Assembly: GCA_031284765.1 (NCBI GenBank)
Contig: JAITXK010000177.1
Location: 1 to 35,167 of the forward strand
Length of the DNA: 35,167 nt
Direction: 5' to 3'
Source: Candidatus Symbiothrix sp.
GTDB taxonomy: Bacteria; Bacteroidota; Bacteroidia; Bacteroidales; Azobacteroidaceae
The position numbers and the translations under genes were made by a program. Below are positions 1 through 9,988 of this stretch, one piece after another; position 1 is the stretch's first letter; the number at the start of each line of letters is the position of its first letter. Below the pieces are notes generated by a model. That model was not told the origin of the DNA. It made no database searches and was given only the letters and a program-made list of their open reading frames with translations.

Positions 1-191
1 TGCTTTACAGCAATGATTTCAATCACCCAATGGTCAATGATTATATAAAGGGTTGGAAATTATTTTACGCGGTATTAGTTCTATTTCGATGGAATAAGTA
101 TGCAGGTGATTTATTAGGACACAGGTTGTTAAGTAGGATGAGGGCGATAAAGAAATTTGTCTTAACTTTGTAGCTATGAATAAAATCCTCT

Positions 192-363
192 GCTCGGCGA
201 AGGCTCTGCCCAATGTCGTCAACTTAAGTATTTGCATATTATTTTCTTTAAGTATGCACAATAGCTAAGAATGATTCCAAAGGCTTTTTATATAAAATTT
301 GTCATAAAAATTTTGACATCTTTTCCTTAAGTTGACGACTTTGGGCTGGAGCCTTCGCCGAGC
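192..363. repeat. Long inverted repeat (arms 192-228 and 326-363) around a 97-bp AT-rich spacer; outer parts form a split REP-like palindrome
   Basis: gctcggcgaaggctctgcccaatgtcgtcaacttaag versus the reverse complement of the right arm, gctcggcgaaggctccagcccaaagtcgtcaacttaag (2 mismatches, 1 indel). Confidence 0.9.
211..343. mobile_element. Putative non-autonomous MITE with 18-bp terminal inverted repeats
   Basis: TIRs caatgtcgtcaacttaag (211-228) and cttaagttgacgactttg (326-343), 17/18 match; flanks ggctctgcc / ggctggagcc look like a degenerate ~10-bp target duplication; no transposase inside. Confidence 0.5.
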
Positions 364-447
364 GGGACTTTAGCACTATCAATCGCTATTTCGCGTATTT
401 CCTTAGCATCCATATTGTTGGATTGTTTTTGTTAGTCGTTTTTTGGG

Positions 448-1596
448 TTATATACCGAAAGCTTCCAACTGATTTTTTACCGGATTGGCATACATTACCA
501 GTATCTTTTCGCGCAAGAAAGGAAGGTCTTTGCCGGTCAAATCAATTTTAGCTAATTGTGCATCCAAGTACGTTTGGATGTTTTGAACGTCTTCCTCGCT
601 GTATTCTTTTGCAAAGCGGTTGTTGCCCTCCAGCAAGTCATAAGCGATATAATTGATGGGATAGAAATGGTAATTCTGAAATATTCCTTTATCAATTAGT
701 GTAGCGACAGCCAAAATCACTTCGTTTTTTGGTAATTCGGAATCCAATTTTTCAAGTTCGGCATTCACAGGCAGGCCGATTTGGAAATGAATATTGCCTT
801 TGTATCCGAATATTCCGGTTTGCATATTCAACAAATCATCCTCAGGAGATTTTTGAAATTCCGGATTATCCCGTTTTTGTTGAAATTCTTTGGCTTTCAG
901 GTAATCGCAAGGGTCGTATTCGTAAGACATCGACACTGGGGTGATATTCAATTCTTTGATAGCCGTCAGGAAATCGGCATCGCTGCTCATAGCTAACATT
1001 TTGAGCAGACTGTCCTGCGTGCGGTCGTTGGAATCTTTGGCTCGTCCCTCGCGTTGTGCAATCCAAACCGATTCATGCTTTTCGCAAATGGCATAACGAA
1101 TGTATTTGGAAAGATGGCTCGAAACTTCCAACATCTGGCGAATGGAAACGCCCCGCTTCACAATAAAACTTTTGTTCAGGCGAACGATGTCTTCAATCCA
1201 TGGATGCAATAATAAATTATCGCCGATGGCAATTTCCGTGGTGTCGTATCCGGCGGACAGCAACATCACGCACAATAAAGCAGCATCCAGCACAATGTCT
1301 CGATGGTTGGATATATAGGTATAAGCAATCCCTTTTTCTACATTTTCAAAACCGGTACAATTAATCGAACCGGCCGAACGTCCCACCACATTATAAACCG
1401 TATCTTTAATCAATTTGTGTTGAAAATCCCACTTGTTTTTGAATGAGCGAAACAAGGCAACAAATTGCTCCCAATCCAAATCGGGAAAAACAAAGCGCAT
1501 GGCGCGTTGAAACTTCGGGTCGTTTACCAGGCGGTCGATGGCTGCCGCTACCTCGTTGTCGTTATACGGACGAATATCATCAAATTCAGCGCTCAT
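448..1596 (-). CDS. Glycerolipid (PlsC/GPAT-family) acyltransferase
   Basis: NHRDIVLD (HxxxxD) catalytic motif and WIAQREGRAKD motif; ATG at 1596 preferred over TTG at 1608, giving an 11-nt overlap with ddl. Confidence 0.85.
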   Translation of the reverse strand: MSAEFDDIRPYNDNEVAAAIDRLVNDPKFQRAMRFVFPDLDWEQFVALFRSFKNKWDFQHKLIKDTVYNVVGRSAGSINCTGFENVEKGIAYTYISNHRDIVLDAALLCVMLLSAGYDTTEIAIGDNLLLHPWIEDIVRLNKSFIVKRGVSIRQMLEVSSHLSKYIRYAICEKHESVWIAQREGRAKDSNDRTQDSLLKMLAMSSDADFLTAIKELNITPVSMSYEYDPCDYLKAKEFQQKRDNPEFQKSPEDDLLNMQTGIFGYKGNIHFQIGLPVNAELEKLDSELPKNEVILAVATLIDKGIFQNYHFYPINYIAYDLLEGNNRFAKEYSEEDVQNIQTYLDAQLAKIDLTGKDLPFLREKILVMYANPVKNQLEAFGI

Positions 1597-2572
1597 ATTC
1601 AGCTTCAATTATTTCGGTTAATACATCGGTCATATTCAGGCCGGCGGCACGTACTTGTTGGGGAATAAAACTCGTGGCGGTCATGCCGGGCGTGGTATTT
1701 ACTTCCAATAAATGAATTTTGTTTTCCGGAGAAATAATGTAATCAACCCGGATAATGCCTTTGGCGCCGATCCAATCGTAAATCCGCGCCGTTAATTGTT
1801 GCACTTCTTCCGTCAATGGATTGGAAATACGGGCGGGCGTAATTTCTTCCACGCTCGCAGGATTATATTTGGCATCAAAATCGAAAAACTCATTCTTGCT
1901 GACCACTTCGGTTACCGGAAAAACGGTTGTTTTGCCGCTCGCCTTATAGCATCCGCAGGTAACTTCCATGCCGGAGATAAACCGTTCGATAATGACTTCC
2001 TTCCCTTCGTCAAATGCAACAGCAATAGCCTGTTGCATTTGCTCCAAGACCATTACTTTCGTTGTTCCGCAACTCGAACCGCCATCGTTGGGCTTCACAA
2101 ATACAGGCAAGCCTAATTCGGCAACGACCTGTTCGGAGGCAATGCTTTTGCCTTTCCGCAACAAAATTGATGCAGCCGTCCGGACACCGAAATGATTCAG
2201 AAAATGATTGCAATAATATTTATTAAAGGTCAAAGCTGCCGCCAAAACCCCGCAACCAGAGTACGGAACAGCCATCATTTCCAAATAACCCTGCAACAAT
2301 CCGTTTTCGCCCGGAGTGCCATGAATGGTAATGTAGGCAAAATCAAATTTTAATTTTCCTCCCTTGCCCATAAAACTGAAGTCGCTTTTGTCGAGCATGA
2401 TTTCCATTTGTTCATTCGGTTTAACGACCCATTTGTCTTTGGTAATCTGCACAATATAGACATTGTATTTCGTTTTGTCGATAAACGAATAAATACCCAT
2501 TGCGCTTTTCAGCGATACCACAAATTCGGAGGAATATCCTCCGGCAACGATGGCAATGTTTTTTTTATTCAT
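1586..2572 (-). CDS. ddl: D-alanine--D-alanine ligase
   Basis: GGYSSEFVVSLKS, IHGTPGENG, VFVKPNDGGSS, FDFDAKY and LEVNTTPGMT motifs. Confidence 0.95.
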   Translation of the reverse strand: MNKKNIAIVAGGYSSEFVVSLKSAMGIYSFIDKTKYNVYIVQITKDKWVVKPNEQMEIMLDKSDFSFMGKGGKLKFDFAYITIHGTPGENGLLQGYLEMMAVPYSGCGVLAAALTFNKYYCNHFLNHFGVRTAASILLRKGKSIASEQVVAELGLPVFVKPNDGGSSCGTTKVMVLEQMQQAIAVAFDEGKEVIIERFISGMEVTCGCYKASGKTTVFPVTEVVSKNEFFDFDAKYNPASVEEITPARISNPLTEEVQQLTARIYDWIGAKGIIRVDYIISPENKIHLLEVNTTPGMTATSFIPQQVRAAGLNMTDVLTEIIEAEYER

Positions 2573-3596
2573 ATTTTCTCCATTTCTTAATTAAATTCGT
2601 CATATCTTCAGGGACAGGGCTTTCCAGGAAAATTTCTTCTCCAGTGCGCGGATGAACAAACCCCAGCGTTTGGGCATGCAAAACTTGCCTCGGACAGATA
2701 TCGAAACAATTTTGAATAAACTGTTTATATTTTGTGTGATGCGTTCCTTTTAGCATTTCGTTTCCACCGTAGCGTGCATCATTAAATAAGGTATGTCCGA
2801 TGTATTTCATGTGTACGCGAATTTGGTGGGTACGCCCCGTTTCCAAACGACATTCAATCAAGGTAACATAGCCGAAGCGTTCCAATACGCGGTAGTGCGT
2901 AACGGCCGGTTTACCCGTGTCGCCATCGGGAAAAACCATCATTTGCATTTTGTCGCGCGGGTTCCGTCCGAGATTGCCTTCGATACGGCCTTCATCGGCT
3001 TTCACGTTGCCCCACACTAAGGCAATGTATTGGCGTTTCGTTGTTTTATTGAAAAATTGCAGACCCAAATGTGTTTTGGCATCGGGATTTTTGGCAATCA
3101 CCAACAGGCCTGAAGTATCTTTGTCAATCCGATGTACCAATCCCAAGCGCGGGTCGTTGTCGGGAGGCAATTCGCCTTTCTGTTGCAAATGCCAGGCTAT
3201 GGCATTGACCAAAGTGCCGGTATAATTGCCATGCCCGGGATGAACGACTAAGCCGGGCGGTTTATCCACTACCAGCACATCATCATCTTCATATACAATA
3301 TTTAAAGGAATGTTTTCGGGAATGATTTCAAACTCGTGGCGCGGACGGTCCATAACCATCGTAATTACATCGAGCGGTTTAACTTTGTAATTGTCTTTGA
3401 CCGGAAGGCCATTCGCCCAAATATATCCGGCATCGGCAGCTTGTTGAATGCGGTTGCGGGAAGCGCCGGTAATACGATCTACCAAGAATTTATCCACACG
3501 TAATAAGGTTTGGCCTTTGTCGGCCACAAAGCGGAAGTGTTCGTATAATTCCTGTTCTTCGCTATCGTCTTCTATTTCATCCTTCCAGTCTTCCAT
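2565..3596 (-). CDS. rluD: RluA-family (RluD-like) 23S rRNA pseudouridine synthase with S4 domain
   Basis: RVDKFL S4 start, KPPGLVVHPG, HRIDKDTSGL catalytic motif, LETGRTHQIRVH. Confidence 0.88.
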   Translation of the reverse strand: MEDWKDEIEDDSEEQELYEHFRFVADKGQTLLRVDKFLVDRITGASRNRIQQAADAGYIWANGLPVKDNYKVKPLDVITMVMDRPRHEFEIIPENIPLNIVYEDDDVLVVDKPPGLVVHPGHGNYTGTLVNAIAWHLQQKGELPPDNDPRLGLVHRIDKDTSGLLVIAKNPDAKTHLGLQFFNKTTKRQYIALVWGNVKADEGRIEGNLGRNPRDKMQMMVFPDGDTGKPAVTHYRVLERFGYVTLIECRLETGRTHQIRVHMKYIGHTLFNDARYGGNEMLKGTHHTKYKQFIQNCFDICPRQVLHAQTLGFVHPRTGEEIFLESPVPEDMTNLIKKWRKYE

Positions 3597-3605
3597 AGCG
3601 GGAAA

Positions 3606-4223
3606 TTAATACCACGATTCGTCTGTTCCGTTTTCAGCAGGGAATTCCAGGTTTTCGGGAAGTTCAACGGCCGGATCGCCCGAATTAACCAAAAGCATCA
3701 ACGAAGTAGAAGCCGGAATGCGTTCGCCGGCATTTATTTTTTGCCCGCGGCTGTCTTCCAAGCCGACGACCAAATCTTTATACAATCCGGGAATATGTTT
3801 TATGTTTACATTTTCAAACCCGGTGGAGGTCAATTTGGCGGAAGCATTTTGTTGCGACATATCCAAGACCGGGGGGATGGTCAATAATCGTGCCGTATAA
3901 GCATTGAGGGTAAGATAAATGGTGCGACCGGTTTTTACATGGGTTCCGATAGGGGGAACCGTTTCCAAAATCACACCGGGGGTTTGATTTTTGACATAAA
4001 TCGAATCAACCACAGCGTACAGCAAATCTTTTTCTGTAAAAAACCGGGCGGCGACTTCAATTTTCAATCCTTTTACATCGGGAACGGGAACTTCTTGACC
4101 GTGCTGCGTATAGCTATTCAAGCCCATCAGAACGATACCGACTAAAATAATCAATACCCCCAAGGCCAGCAACGCATGGATAGTGTAAACATTAATTAAT
4201 AACTTCCGTATTTTTATTTTCAT
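3606..4223 (-). CDS. Membrane-anchored PASTA-domain protein
   Basis: N-terminal hydrophobic helix followed by VPVPDVKG and IPPVLDMS PASTA-like repeats; ATG at 4223 lies just downstream of a TAnnTTTG motif. Confidence 0.85.
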   Translation of the reverse strand: MKIKIRKLLINVYTIHALLALGVLIILVGIVLMGLNSYTQHGQEVPVPDVKGLKIEVAARFFTEKDLLYAVVDSIYVKNQTPGVILETVPPIGTHVKTGRTIYLTLNAYTARLLTIPPVLDMSQQNASAKLTSTGFENVNIKHIPGLYKDLVVGLEDSRGQKINAGERIPASTSLMLLVNSGDPAVELPENLEFPAENGTDESWY

Positions 4224-4242
4224 AATCCTGTATAAAATCAAG

Positions 4243-4250
4243 CAAAAATA
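4243..4250 (-). promoter_or_regulatory. Bacteroidetes -7 promoter element for the PASTA-rluD-ddl-acyltransferase unit
   Basis: TATTTTTG on the - strand, about 20 nt upstream of the ATG at 4223. Confidence 0.55.
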
Positions 4251-4273
4251 CAAAAAAAAACGATAATAAAACA

Positions 4274-4306
4274 TACAGGGAATAAACTTTTGGTCTATTC
4301 CCTGTA
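4274..4306 (-). terminator. Probable intrinsic terminator after rpmH
   Basis: 11-bp perfect stem tacagggaata/tattccctgta, followed on the - strand by tgttttatt. Confidence 0.6.
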
Positions 4307-4336
4307 ATATGTCTAAACCTTTCGGCTATTTATGCA

Positions 4337-4483
4337 TTAAAACTCATCGGACACGCTTAATTTTTTGCGGCCTTTCGCTCTGCGTGAAGCCAATACTCTG
4401 CGCCCGTTAGCGGTTTCCATACGACTACGGAAGCCGTGTTTGTTTTTTCTTTTTCTGTTGTGTGGTTGAAATGTCCGTTTCAT
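4337..4483 (-). CDS. rpmH: 50S ribosomal protein L34 (48 aa; below the ORF-track cutoff)
   Basis: Manual translation: [48 protein letters not shown]. Confidence 0.97.
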   Translation of the reverse strand: MKRTFQPHNRKRKNKHGFRSRMETANGRRVLASRRAKGRKKLSVSDEF

Positions 4484-4520
4484 GATTCTTATATTGTTAT
4501 TTATTCATCCAAATGGGTCG

Positions 4521-4552
4521 CAAAGGTAGGATTTTTTTTTTAACTGTGCAAA
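4521..4552 (-). promoter_or_regulatory. Bacteroidetes sigma-A type promoter for rpmH
   Basis: -7 TACCTTTG (4521-4528) and -33 TTTG (4549-4552), separated by 20 bp. Confidence 0.75.
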
Positions 4553-4658
4553 TAGTTTTTTTAGTTTTTATTCAACTAATCGGTTAATACCCGTATAAAT
4601 CCACCTAAACGGTGTTATCTGCCTGCCATGGCCACCACTTTTACAAGCTACCCATAAC

Positions 4659-4693
4659 TTGTTGATAACTAAGTTTACAGATTGTTGATAACT
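4659..4693. promoter_or_regulatory. Two direct copies of ttgttgataact containing a DnaA-box-like 9-mer (TTATCAACA on the - strand)
   Basis: Exact 12-bp repeats at 4659-4670 and 4682-4693; the 9-mer is 1 mismatch from TTATCCACA. Confidence 0.45.
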
Positions 4694-4696
4694 TAG

Positions 4697-4728
4697 TATA
4701 GGGAAAATTAGGTAGATATAGGGAAAAT
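4697..4728 (+). promoter_or_regulatory. Candidate MraZ operator: three TAGG repeats at 10-bp period
   Basis: TAGG at 4699, 4709 and 4719 (tatagggaaa/attaggtaga/tatagggaaa), about 45 bp upstream of mraZ. Confidence 0.55.
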
Positions 4729-4766
4729 ATGTACTTTTACGCTGTTTTTTAGACACTTGTAAAAAT

Positions 4767-5228
4767 ATGGAAGATTATACCGGCAATATTGGAGCAAAAT
4801 TGGACACGCAAGGGCGTGTTCCCGTGCCTGTTGTCTTCCGTCGAATATTACAACAAACGGGCAATAACACGCTGTATATTCGTCCCGATACCTATCGCAA
4901 GTGTTTGGTGTTGTATTCTCTACCAGCATGGGAAGCCGAAAAATCAAAATGGAGGGAACGCTTGGATTTATTGGATGAAGAAGAAAGTGGTTTCTATGAA
5001 TGCATGATTTCCGACACTCAACAAGTGGAAATGGACAGTGTAGGAAGAATTCAAATTCCTAAATGCTCTTTGCAGTCGGCCGGAATTACCGGTGAAGTGC
5101 GTTTTGTCGGCGTCGATAACACCATTAAATTATGGAATCCCGACCATTATGACGAATTTATTCGCATCAGCCGCGAAAACTTCAAAGCGAACGCGAAGAA
5201 ATTTTTAAGTAAACCGAAAGCAGAATAA
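4767..5228 (+). CDS. mraZ: Transcriptional regulator MraZ
   Basis: Two AbrB-like repeats (LDTQGRVPVP, MDSVGRIQIP); first gene of the dcw cluster. Confidence 0.92.
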   Translation: MEDYTGNIGAKLDTQGRVPVPVVFRRILQQTGNNTLYIRPDTYRKCLVLYSLPAWEAEKSKWRERLDLLDEEESGFYECMISDTQQVEMDSVGRIQIPKCSLQSAGITGEVRFVGVDNTIKLWNPDHYDEFIRISRENFKANAKKFLSKPKAE

Positions 5229-5236
5229 TAGACAAA

Positions 5237-6151
5237 ATGAGCGATACGCCAACATATCATGTACCTGCGCTTTTACCTGAAAGCCTTGCCGGATTGAATA
5301 TTCAACCCGCCGGCATCTATGTGGATGTCACTTTTGGCGGAGGCGGTCATTCCAAAGCCATCTTGAACCGGTTGAATGCTTCGGGACGACTTTTCGGTTT
5401 CGACCAGGACGAAGATGCTGAAAAGAACATCGTTTCCGACCCTCGCTTCACCTTTGTGCGGGGCAATTTCCGCTACCTCATGCCGTTCATGGATTGGCAC
5501 GATGTACAAGTGATTGATGGCGTGTTGGCCGATTTGGGCGTTTCTTCCCATCATTTTGATGATGAAACACGCGGATTCTCGTTCCGCTTCGATGGCGAAT
5601 TAGACATGCGGATGAACAAACGCGCAGGCAAAACCGCTGCCGAAATTCTTCATTCCTATACGGAAGAAAATTTGGCGAATGTCTTGTATCTCTACGGCGA
5701 ACTGCACAATTCACGAGCCATCGCCAGAGCCATTGTGCAAGCAAGAAATAACAAAAAGATTCAAAAGATCAGTGATTTGATAGCCGTTTTAAAACCGTTT
5801 TGCAGTCGCGAGAAAGAAAAGAAGTATTTGGCGCAAGCCTTTCAAGCCTTGCGGATTGAAGTCAACGGCGAAATGGAGGCATTGAAAGAAATGCTCGAAC
5901 AGGCCACGCAATTATTGAAGCCCGCCGGCGGTAGATTGGTTGTCATCACGTATCACTCGTTGGAAGACCGTTTGGTAAAGAACTTTTTCAGGGCCGGCAA
6001 CTTTGAAGGAGAAGTTCAAAAAGACTTTTACGGGAATATACAGTCACCGTTTCGAATCATTAATAATAAGGTAATTGTTCCGAATGAAGAAGAAATCGAA
6101 CGAAACCCGCGTTCGCGAAGTGCAAAACTAAGGATAGCAGAAAAGATATGA
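5237..6151 (+). CDS. rsmH: 16S rRNA m4C1402 methyltransferase RsmH (MraW)
   Basis: YHVPALL, DVTFGGGGHS, DLGVSS, LDMRM, FQALRIEVN, YHSLEDR and RSRSAKLR motifs. Confidence 0.97.
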   Translation: MSDTPTYHVPALLPESLAGLNIQPAGIYVDVTFGGGGHSKAILNRLNASGRLFGFDQDEDAEKNIVSDPRFTFVRGNFRYLMPFMDWHDVQVIDGVLADLGVSSHHFDDETRGFSFRFDGELDMRMNKRAGKTAAEILHSYTEENLANVLYLYGELHNSRAIARAIVQARNNKKIQKISDLIAVLKPFCSREKEKKYLAQAFQALRIEVNGEMEALKEMLEQATQLLKPAGGRLVVITYHSLEDRLVKNFFRAGNFEGEVQKDFYGNIQSPFRIINNKVIVPNEEEIERNPRSRSAKLRIAEKI

Positions 6152-6462
6152 GCAAGAGAAATTTCCGTTACTTTATTATTGGCGACTGGCTGAAAGAAGA
6201 TTTTGTTATCAAGCAATCGAAATTATTGGTATTGATTGTGTTTTTGATTATCGTGTTCATCAGCAATGACTATGCCTGTCAGAAAAAAATGAAGCAGATA
6301 GAAGTTTTACAGGATAGTTTGAATAACGTGAAATACGAAAATCTGACTCTTTCCACCCGATTGACTTCGGCGAGCCGTCAATCGCAAATCGAATCGTTAT
6401 TGGAATCAAAAGGTCTTGATTTGGCAGCCCCGCAAGCGCCCGCATTTGAAATTCGTAAATAA
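6148..6462 (+). CDS. ftsL: FtsL-like cell division protein
   Basis: 104 aa with one TM helix plus a coiled coil; lies between rsmH and ftsI with an ATGA overlap. Confidence 0.8.
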   Translation: MSKRNFRYFIIGDWLKEDFVIKQSKLLVLIVFLIIVFISNDYACQKKMKQIEVLQDSLNNVKYENLTLSTRLTSASRQSQIESLLESKGLDLAAPQAPAFEIRK

Positions 6463-6468
6463 AAAGAG

Positions 6469-8514
6469 ATGGCAGCAAAAAAAACAATACAGCAAAAGAG
6501 CATTACCCGTTATTTTCTCATATCGGTAGTGGCCGTCTTGTTTGGTATGCTGGTTTTTGGGAAAGCTTGTCTCATCTCGTTCCGTGACGGAAATGCATGG
6601 CGGGCATTGGGCGAAAAACAAACGCGCGACAGTGTGGAAATCCGTGCCGAGAGAGGCGATATTTATTCGTCCAATATGCAATTATTAGCCACCAACGAAT
6701 ATAAATATCAACTTAAAATGGATTTTTGGGCGAATCAGGTGTCTAAAGATACCTTGAAGCGCTATATGCCCGAATTGGTAAAAGCCTTGCGAACCGAACT
6801 TCCCGATTCGACTGTGCGCAAAATCGAGTCCCGGATATGGGCAGGCTGGGCAGCCCGGGAAGAATACGAAAGACGGGTTAAAAAAGGCGAAAAACCTTCG
6901 CGCAACCGCAATTATTTATTGGCACGCGAACCGGTAAATTATATGCAATGGAAAAACATCCAAAGCATGCCGTTCTTCAACAAGGGAAGTAATAATTCCG
7001 GTTTACTTGTAACGGTACAAAAAAAGCGGGTCAATCCTTACGGAACATTGGCTTTACGCACGATTGGAAGCATTTATGCGGTCGATTCCGCTAACCGGAA
7101 ATCCGGAAAAAACGGCTTGGAACTGTATTACGATTCGCTGTTGAGAGGCGAACCGGGTTTGGGAACGAAACGCAAAATCAACGGCCGTTGGATGACGGAT
7201 GCAGACATCAAACAACCCCTCAACGGAAGAGATATTATTTCAACCATCGATATTGATATTCAAGACATTACCGAACAAGCTCTTGTAAATAAATTAAAAG
7301 AAGTGGATGCCGAACTGGGTGTGGCAGTTGTCATGGAAACGCATACAGGCGCTATCCGTGCCATTACCAACATGGGACGTATTTATCCGGGTGTTTATGC
7401 CGAACGTGGAAATTATGCCGTCAATGCGATGATAGAACCGGGTTCCGTATTCAAAGTAATCACGATGGTTGCTGCATTGGAAGATGGATTGGTGTCGATG
7501 ACCGACTCCGTGGAAGGTTACAGCGGGCAACATCCTTTTGGCGGAAAAGATGTGTTTGACACTCATCCGGTTACAGGGAAAATGTCGGTGGTAGATGTCA
7601 TGCGTTATTCTTCCAATATTGGGATAGCGGGATTGATTGAACGGCACTACAAACATGACCCGTCCCGGTTTATCGAGGGTATCTATCAAACGGGTATTCA
7701 AAAAAAATTAGATTTGGATATTCCCGGAACGGCAACGCCTAATATTCCTTCGCCCCAAGACAAAGTCTGGTCAGGAACTTCTCTCTCTCGCACCTCTTTC
7801 GGATATGGCGTAGAAGTTCCGCCCATTTATATTTTGACGTTCTACAATGCGATTGCCAACGATGGCGAAATGGTTCAGCCGATGTTCGTCAGCGGCATTA
7901 TGGAGAATGGGAAAATCGTTGAAAAGAAAAAGCCAACCGTCATCAATTCAAAAATTTGCTCGTCCGGTACGTTGGAGGATATTCGACAAATGTTGGACAG
8001 TGTTGTGAACGGAGTGGGGGGCACGGGCAAAAGGAATGCCCAATCGTCATACGTCAAAATCGCTGGAAAAACGGGGACTTCCCGCATTGCACAGGGAGGC
8101 AGTTATTCCTCTACTCAAGGTATTTTTTGCGGTTTCTTTCCTGCCGACAAGCCTCAATATACTTGTCTCGTTTATGTTCGCAGGGCGAATATCGGCAATG
8201 CTTCGGGTGGAGGCACTTGTGCGCCTGTTTTCAAGGAAATTGCCGAGAAGATTTATGCAAGGAACATTATCAAAAACATGAAAAGTTTTCCGGTGGATAC
8301 CCTTCTCCCTAAAGAACCGTTTCTGAAGAAAAAGTGGGTGGAAGGGACAGGCGTTCCCGATGTCAAAGGCATGGGGGCCAAAGAGGCCGTTTATGCGATG
8401 GAGAAGGCCGGCTTGCGGGTGAATCTGGCGGGGAAAGGGAAGGTGGTTGCGCAATCCATTCCGGCAGGAAATGCAATTGCAAAAGGTCAAACGGTAGAAT
8501 TGTCATTGAAATAA
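6469..8514 (+). CDS. ftsI: Class B penicillin-binding protein (FtsI/PBP3) with C-terminal PASTA domain
   Basis: RGDIYS, GKNGLE, EPGSVFK (SxxK), SSN and KTGT motifs; VPDVKGM PASTA domain. Confidence 0.93.
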   Translation: MAAKKTIQQKSITRYFLISVVAVLFGMLVFGKACLISFRDGNAWRALGEKQTRDSVEIRAERGDIYSSNMQLLATNEYKYQLKMDFWANQVSKDTLKRYMPELVKALRTELPDSTVRKIESRIWAGWAAREEYERRVKKGEKPSRNRNYLLAREPVNYMQWKNIQSMPFFNKGSNNSGLLVTVQKKRVNPYGTLALRTIGSIYAVDSANRKSGKNGLELYYDSLLRGEPGLGTKRKINGRWMTDADIKQPLNGRDIISTIDIDIQDITEQALVNKLKEVDAELGVAVVMETHTGAIRAITNMGRIYPGVYAERGNYAVNAMIEPGSVFKVITMVAALEDGLVSMTDSVEGYSGQHPFGGKDVFDTHPVTGKMSVVDVMRYSSNIGIAGLIERHYKHDPSRFIEGIYQTGIQKKLDLDIPGTATPNIPSPQDKVWSGTSLSRTSFGYGVEVPPIYILTFYNAIANDGEMVQPMFVSGIMENGKIVEKKKPTVINSKICSSGTLEDIRQMLDSVVNGVGGTGKRNAQSSYVKIAGKTGTSRIAQGGSYSSTQGIFCGFFPADKPQYTCLVYVRRANIGNASGGGTCAPVFKEIAEKIYARNIIKNMKSFPVDTLLPKEPFLKKKWVEGTGVPDVKGMGAKEAVYAMEKAGLRVNLAGKGKVVAQSIPAGNAIAKGQTVELSLK

Positions 8515-8527
8515 AAATAGATGGAAT

Positions 8528-9967
8528 ATGAGAACGAAAGAAAACACATTCGCACAAGACCTCTTTCAGCAGGTGGGAACTATTGCAGGAGTTCATTCCG
8601 ATTCCCGCAAAATCCAATCAGGCTATCTGTTTGTAGCGGTAAAAGGCACGCAATCCGACGGTCACAACTATATTGACAAAGCAATTGAAAACGGCGCAAC
8701 GGTTATCGTGCATCAATTGCCGGTAAGCAATCCGCAAGCCAACATTCAATATGTTCAAGTGGATGACAGTGCGGCGGCTTTGGGGAAAATCGCTTCCTTT
8801 TGGAACGGCGAACCGTCCAAACAACTCACGTTGGTCGGGGTGACCGGCACGAACGGTAAAACGACTATCGCCACCTTATTATATACGACTTTTCGCAAAT
8901 TGGGCTATAAAGTGGGATTGCTTTCCACCGTTTGCAATTACATCAACGATAATGCCATTCCCTCCACGCACACCACGCCCGATGCCATCGAATTAAATGA
9001 TTTATTGGCTCAGATGGTGGCCGAAGATTGCGATTACGCCTTTATGGAAGTCAGTTCCCATGCCATTGACCAAAAACGAATTGCCGGATTGCAGTTCAAA
9101 GGCGGTATTTTTACCAATTTGACCCGCGACCATTTGGATTATCACGAAACAGTTGAGGCTTATCGCGATGCCAAAAAAGCCTTCTTCGACCAACTGCCTG
9201 CCGATGCGTTCGCATTGACCAACAAAGACGACAAAAACGGTCTTTTCATGTTGCAAAACACGAAAGCACGGAATTATACCTATTCGTTTCAAGCCTTGGC
9301 CGATTTCAAAGGGCGAATTTTGGAATCACATTTCGATGGCACTTTGATGACCGTCAACGATACGGAAGTACTGACGCAATTTGTCGGCAAATTCAATGCT
9401 TACAACCTGTTGGCAGTGTATGGTGCATCGGTTTTATTGGGACAAAATCCCGAGGAAATTCTGGTTTTATTGAGTACGCTGCAATCTGTGGCGGGACGAT
9501 TTCAAACTTTCCGTTCACCCGATGGCTACACGGCGATTGTCGATTATGCACATACGCCCGATGCCTTGACCAACGTATTGAATGCCATCAACGAAGTTTT
9601 GGACGACCGGGGACAAGTGATTACAGTGGTCGGTTGCGGGGGAAATCGCGACAAAGGCAAACGTCCCATCATGGCTAAAGAAGCCGTGCGACTCAGCCAC
9701 CGCGTCATCCTGACTTCCGACAATCCGCGATTCGAAGACCCCGAAGCCATTCTGGATGATATGGTGGCCGGACTGGACACCGGCGAACGCAAACAGGTGG
9801 GGCGCATTACCGACCGGCGGGAAGCCATTCGCATGGCCTGCCTGCTGGCACAAACCGGCGATGTGATTTTGATTGCCGGCAAGGGACACGAAGATTATCA
9901 GGAAGTGAAAGGAGTCAAAACGCATTTTGATGACCGGGAAGTAGTGCTGGAAATCTTTAATTCATAA
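8528..9967 (+). CDS. murE: UDP-MurNAc-dipeptide--meso-DAP ligase
   Basis: [29 protein letters not shown] (DAP-type motif) and AGKGHE. Confidence 0.96.
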   Translation: MRTKENTFAQDLFQQVGTIAGVHSDSRKIQSGYLFVAVKGTQSDGHNYIDKAIENGATVIVHQLPVSNPQANIQYVQVDDSAAALGKIASFWNGEPSKQLTLVGVTGTNGKTTIATLLYTTFRKLGYKVGLLSTVCNYINDNAIPSTHTTPDAIELNDLLAQMVAEDCDYAFMEVSSHAIDQKRIAGLQFKGGIFTNLTRDHLDYHETVEAYRDAKKAFFDQLPADAFALTNKDDKNGLFMLQNTKARNYTYSFQALADFKGRILESHFDGTLMTVNDTEVLTQFVGKFNAYNLLAVYGASVLLGQNPEEILVLLSTLQSVAGRFQTFRSPDGYTAIVDYAHTPDALTNVLNAINEVLDDRGQVITVVGCGGNRDKGKRPIMAKEAVRLSHRVILTSDNPRFEDPEAILDDMVAGLDTGERKQVGRITDRREAIRMACLLAQTGDVILIAGKGHEDYQEVKGVKTHFDDREVVLEIFNS

Positions 9968-9988
9968 TGACACACAAATAAAAAGAAT

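Noticed and set aside
34-261. 75-aa - strand ORF and the many other short overlapping ORFs in the track
   Set aside because: No recognisable motifs; they cross repeat elements or shadow well-supported genes.
1586-2572. Possible D-Ala-D-Lac (vancomycin-resistance type) ligase
   Set aside because: The omega loop keeps the AKY tyrosine, the context is housekeeping, and there are no van accessory genes.
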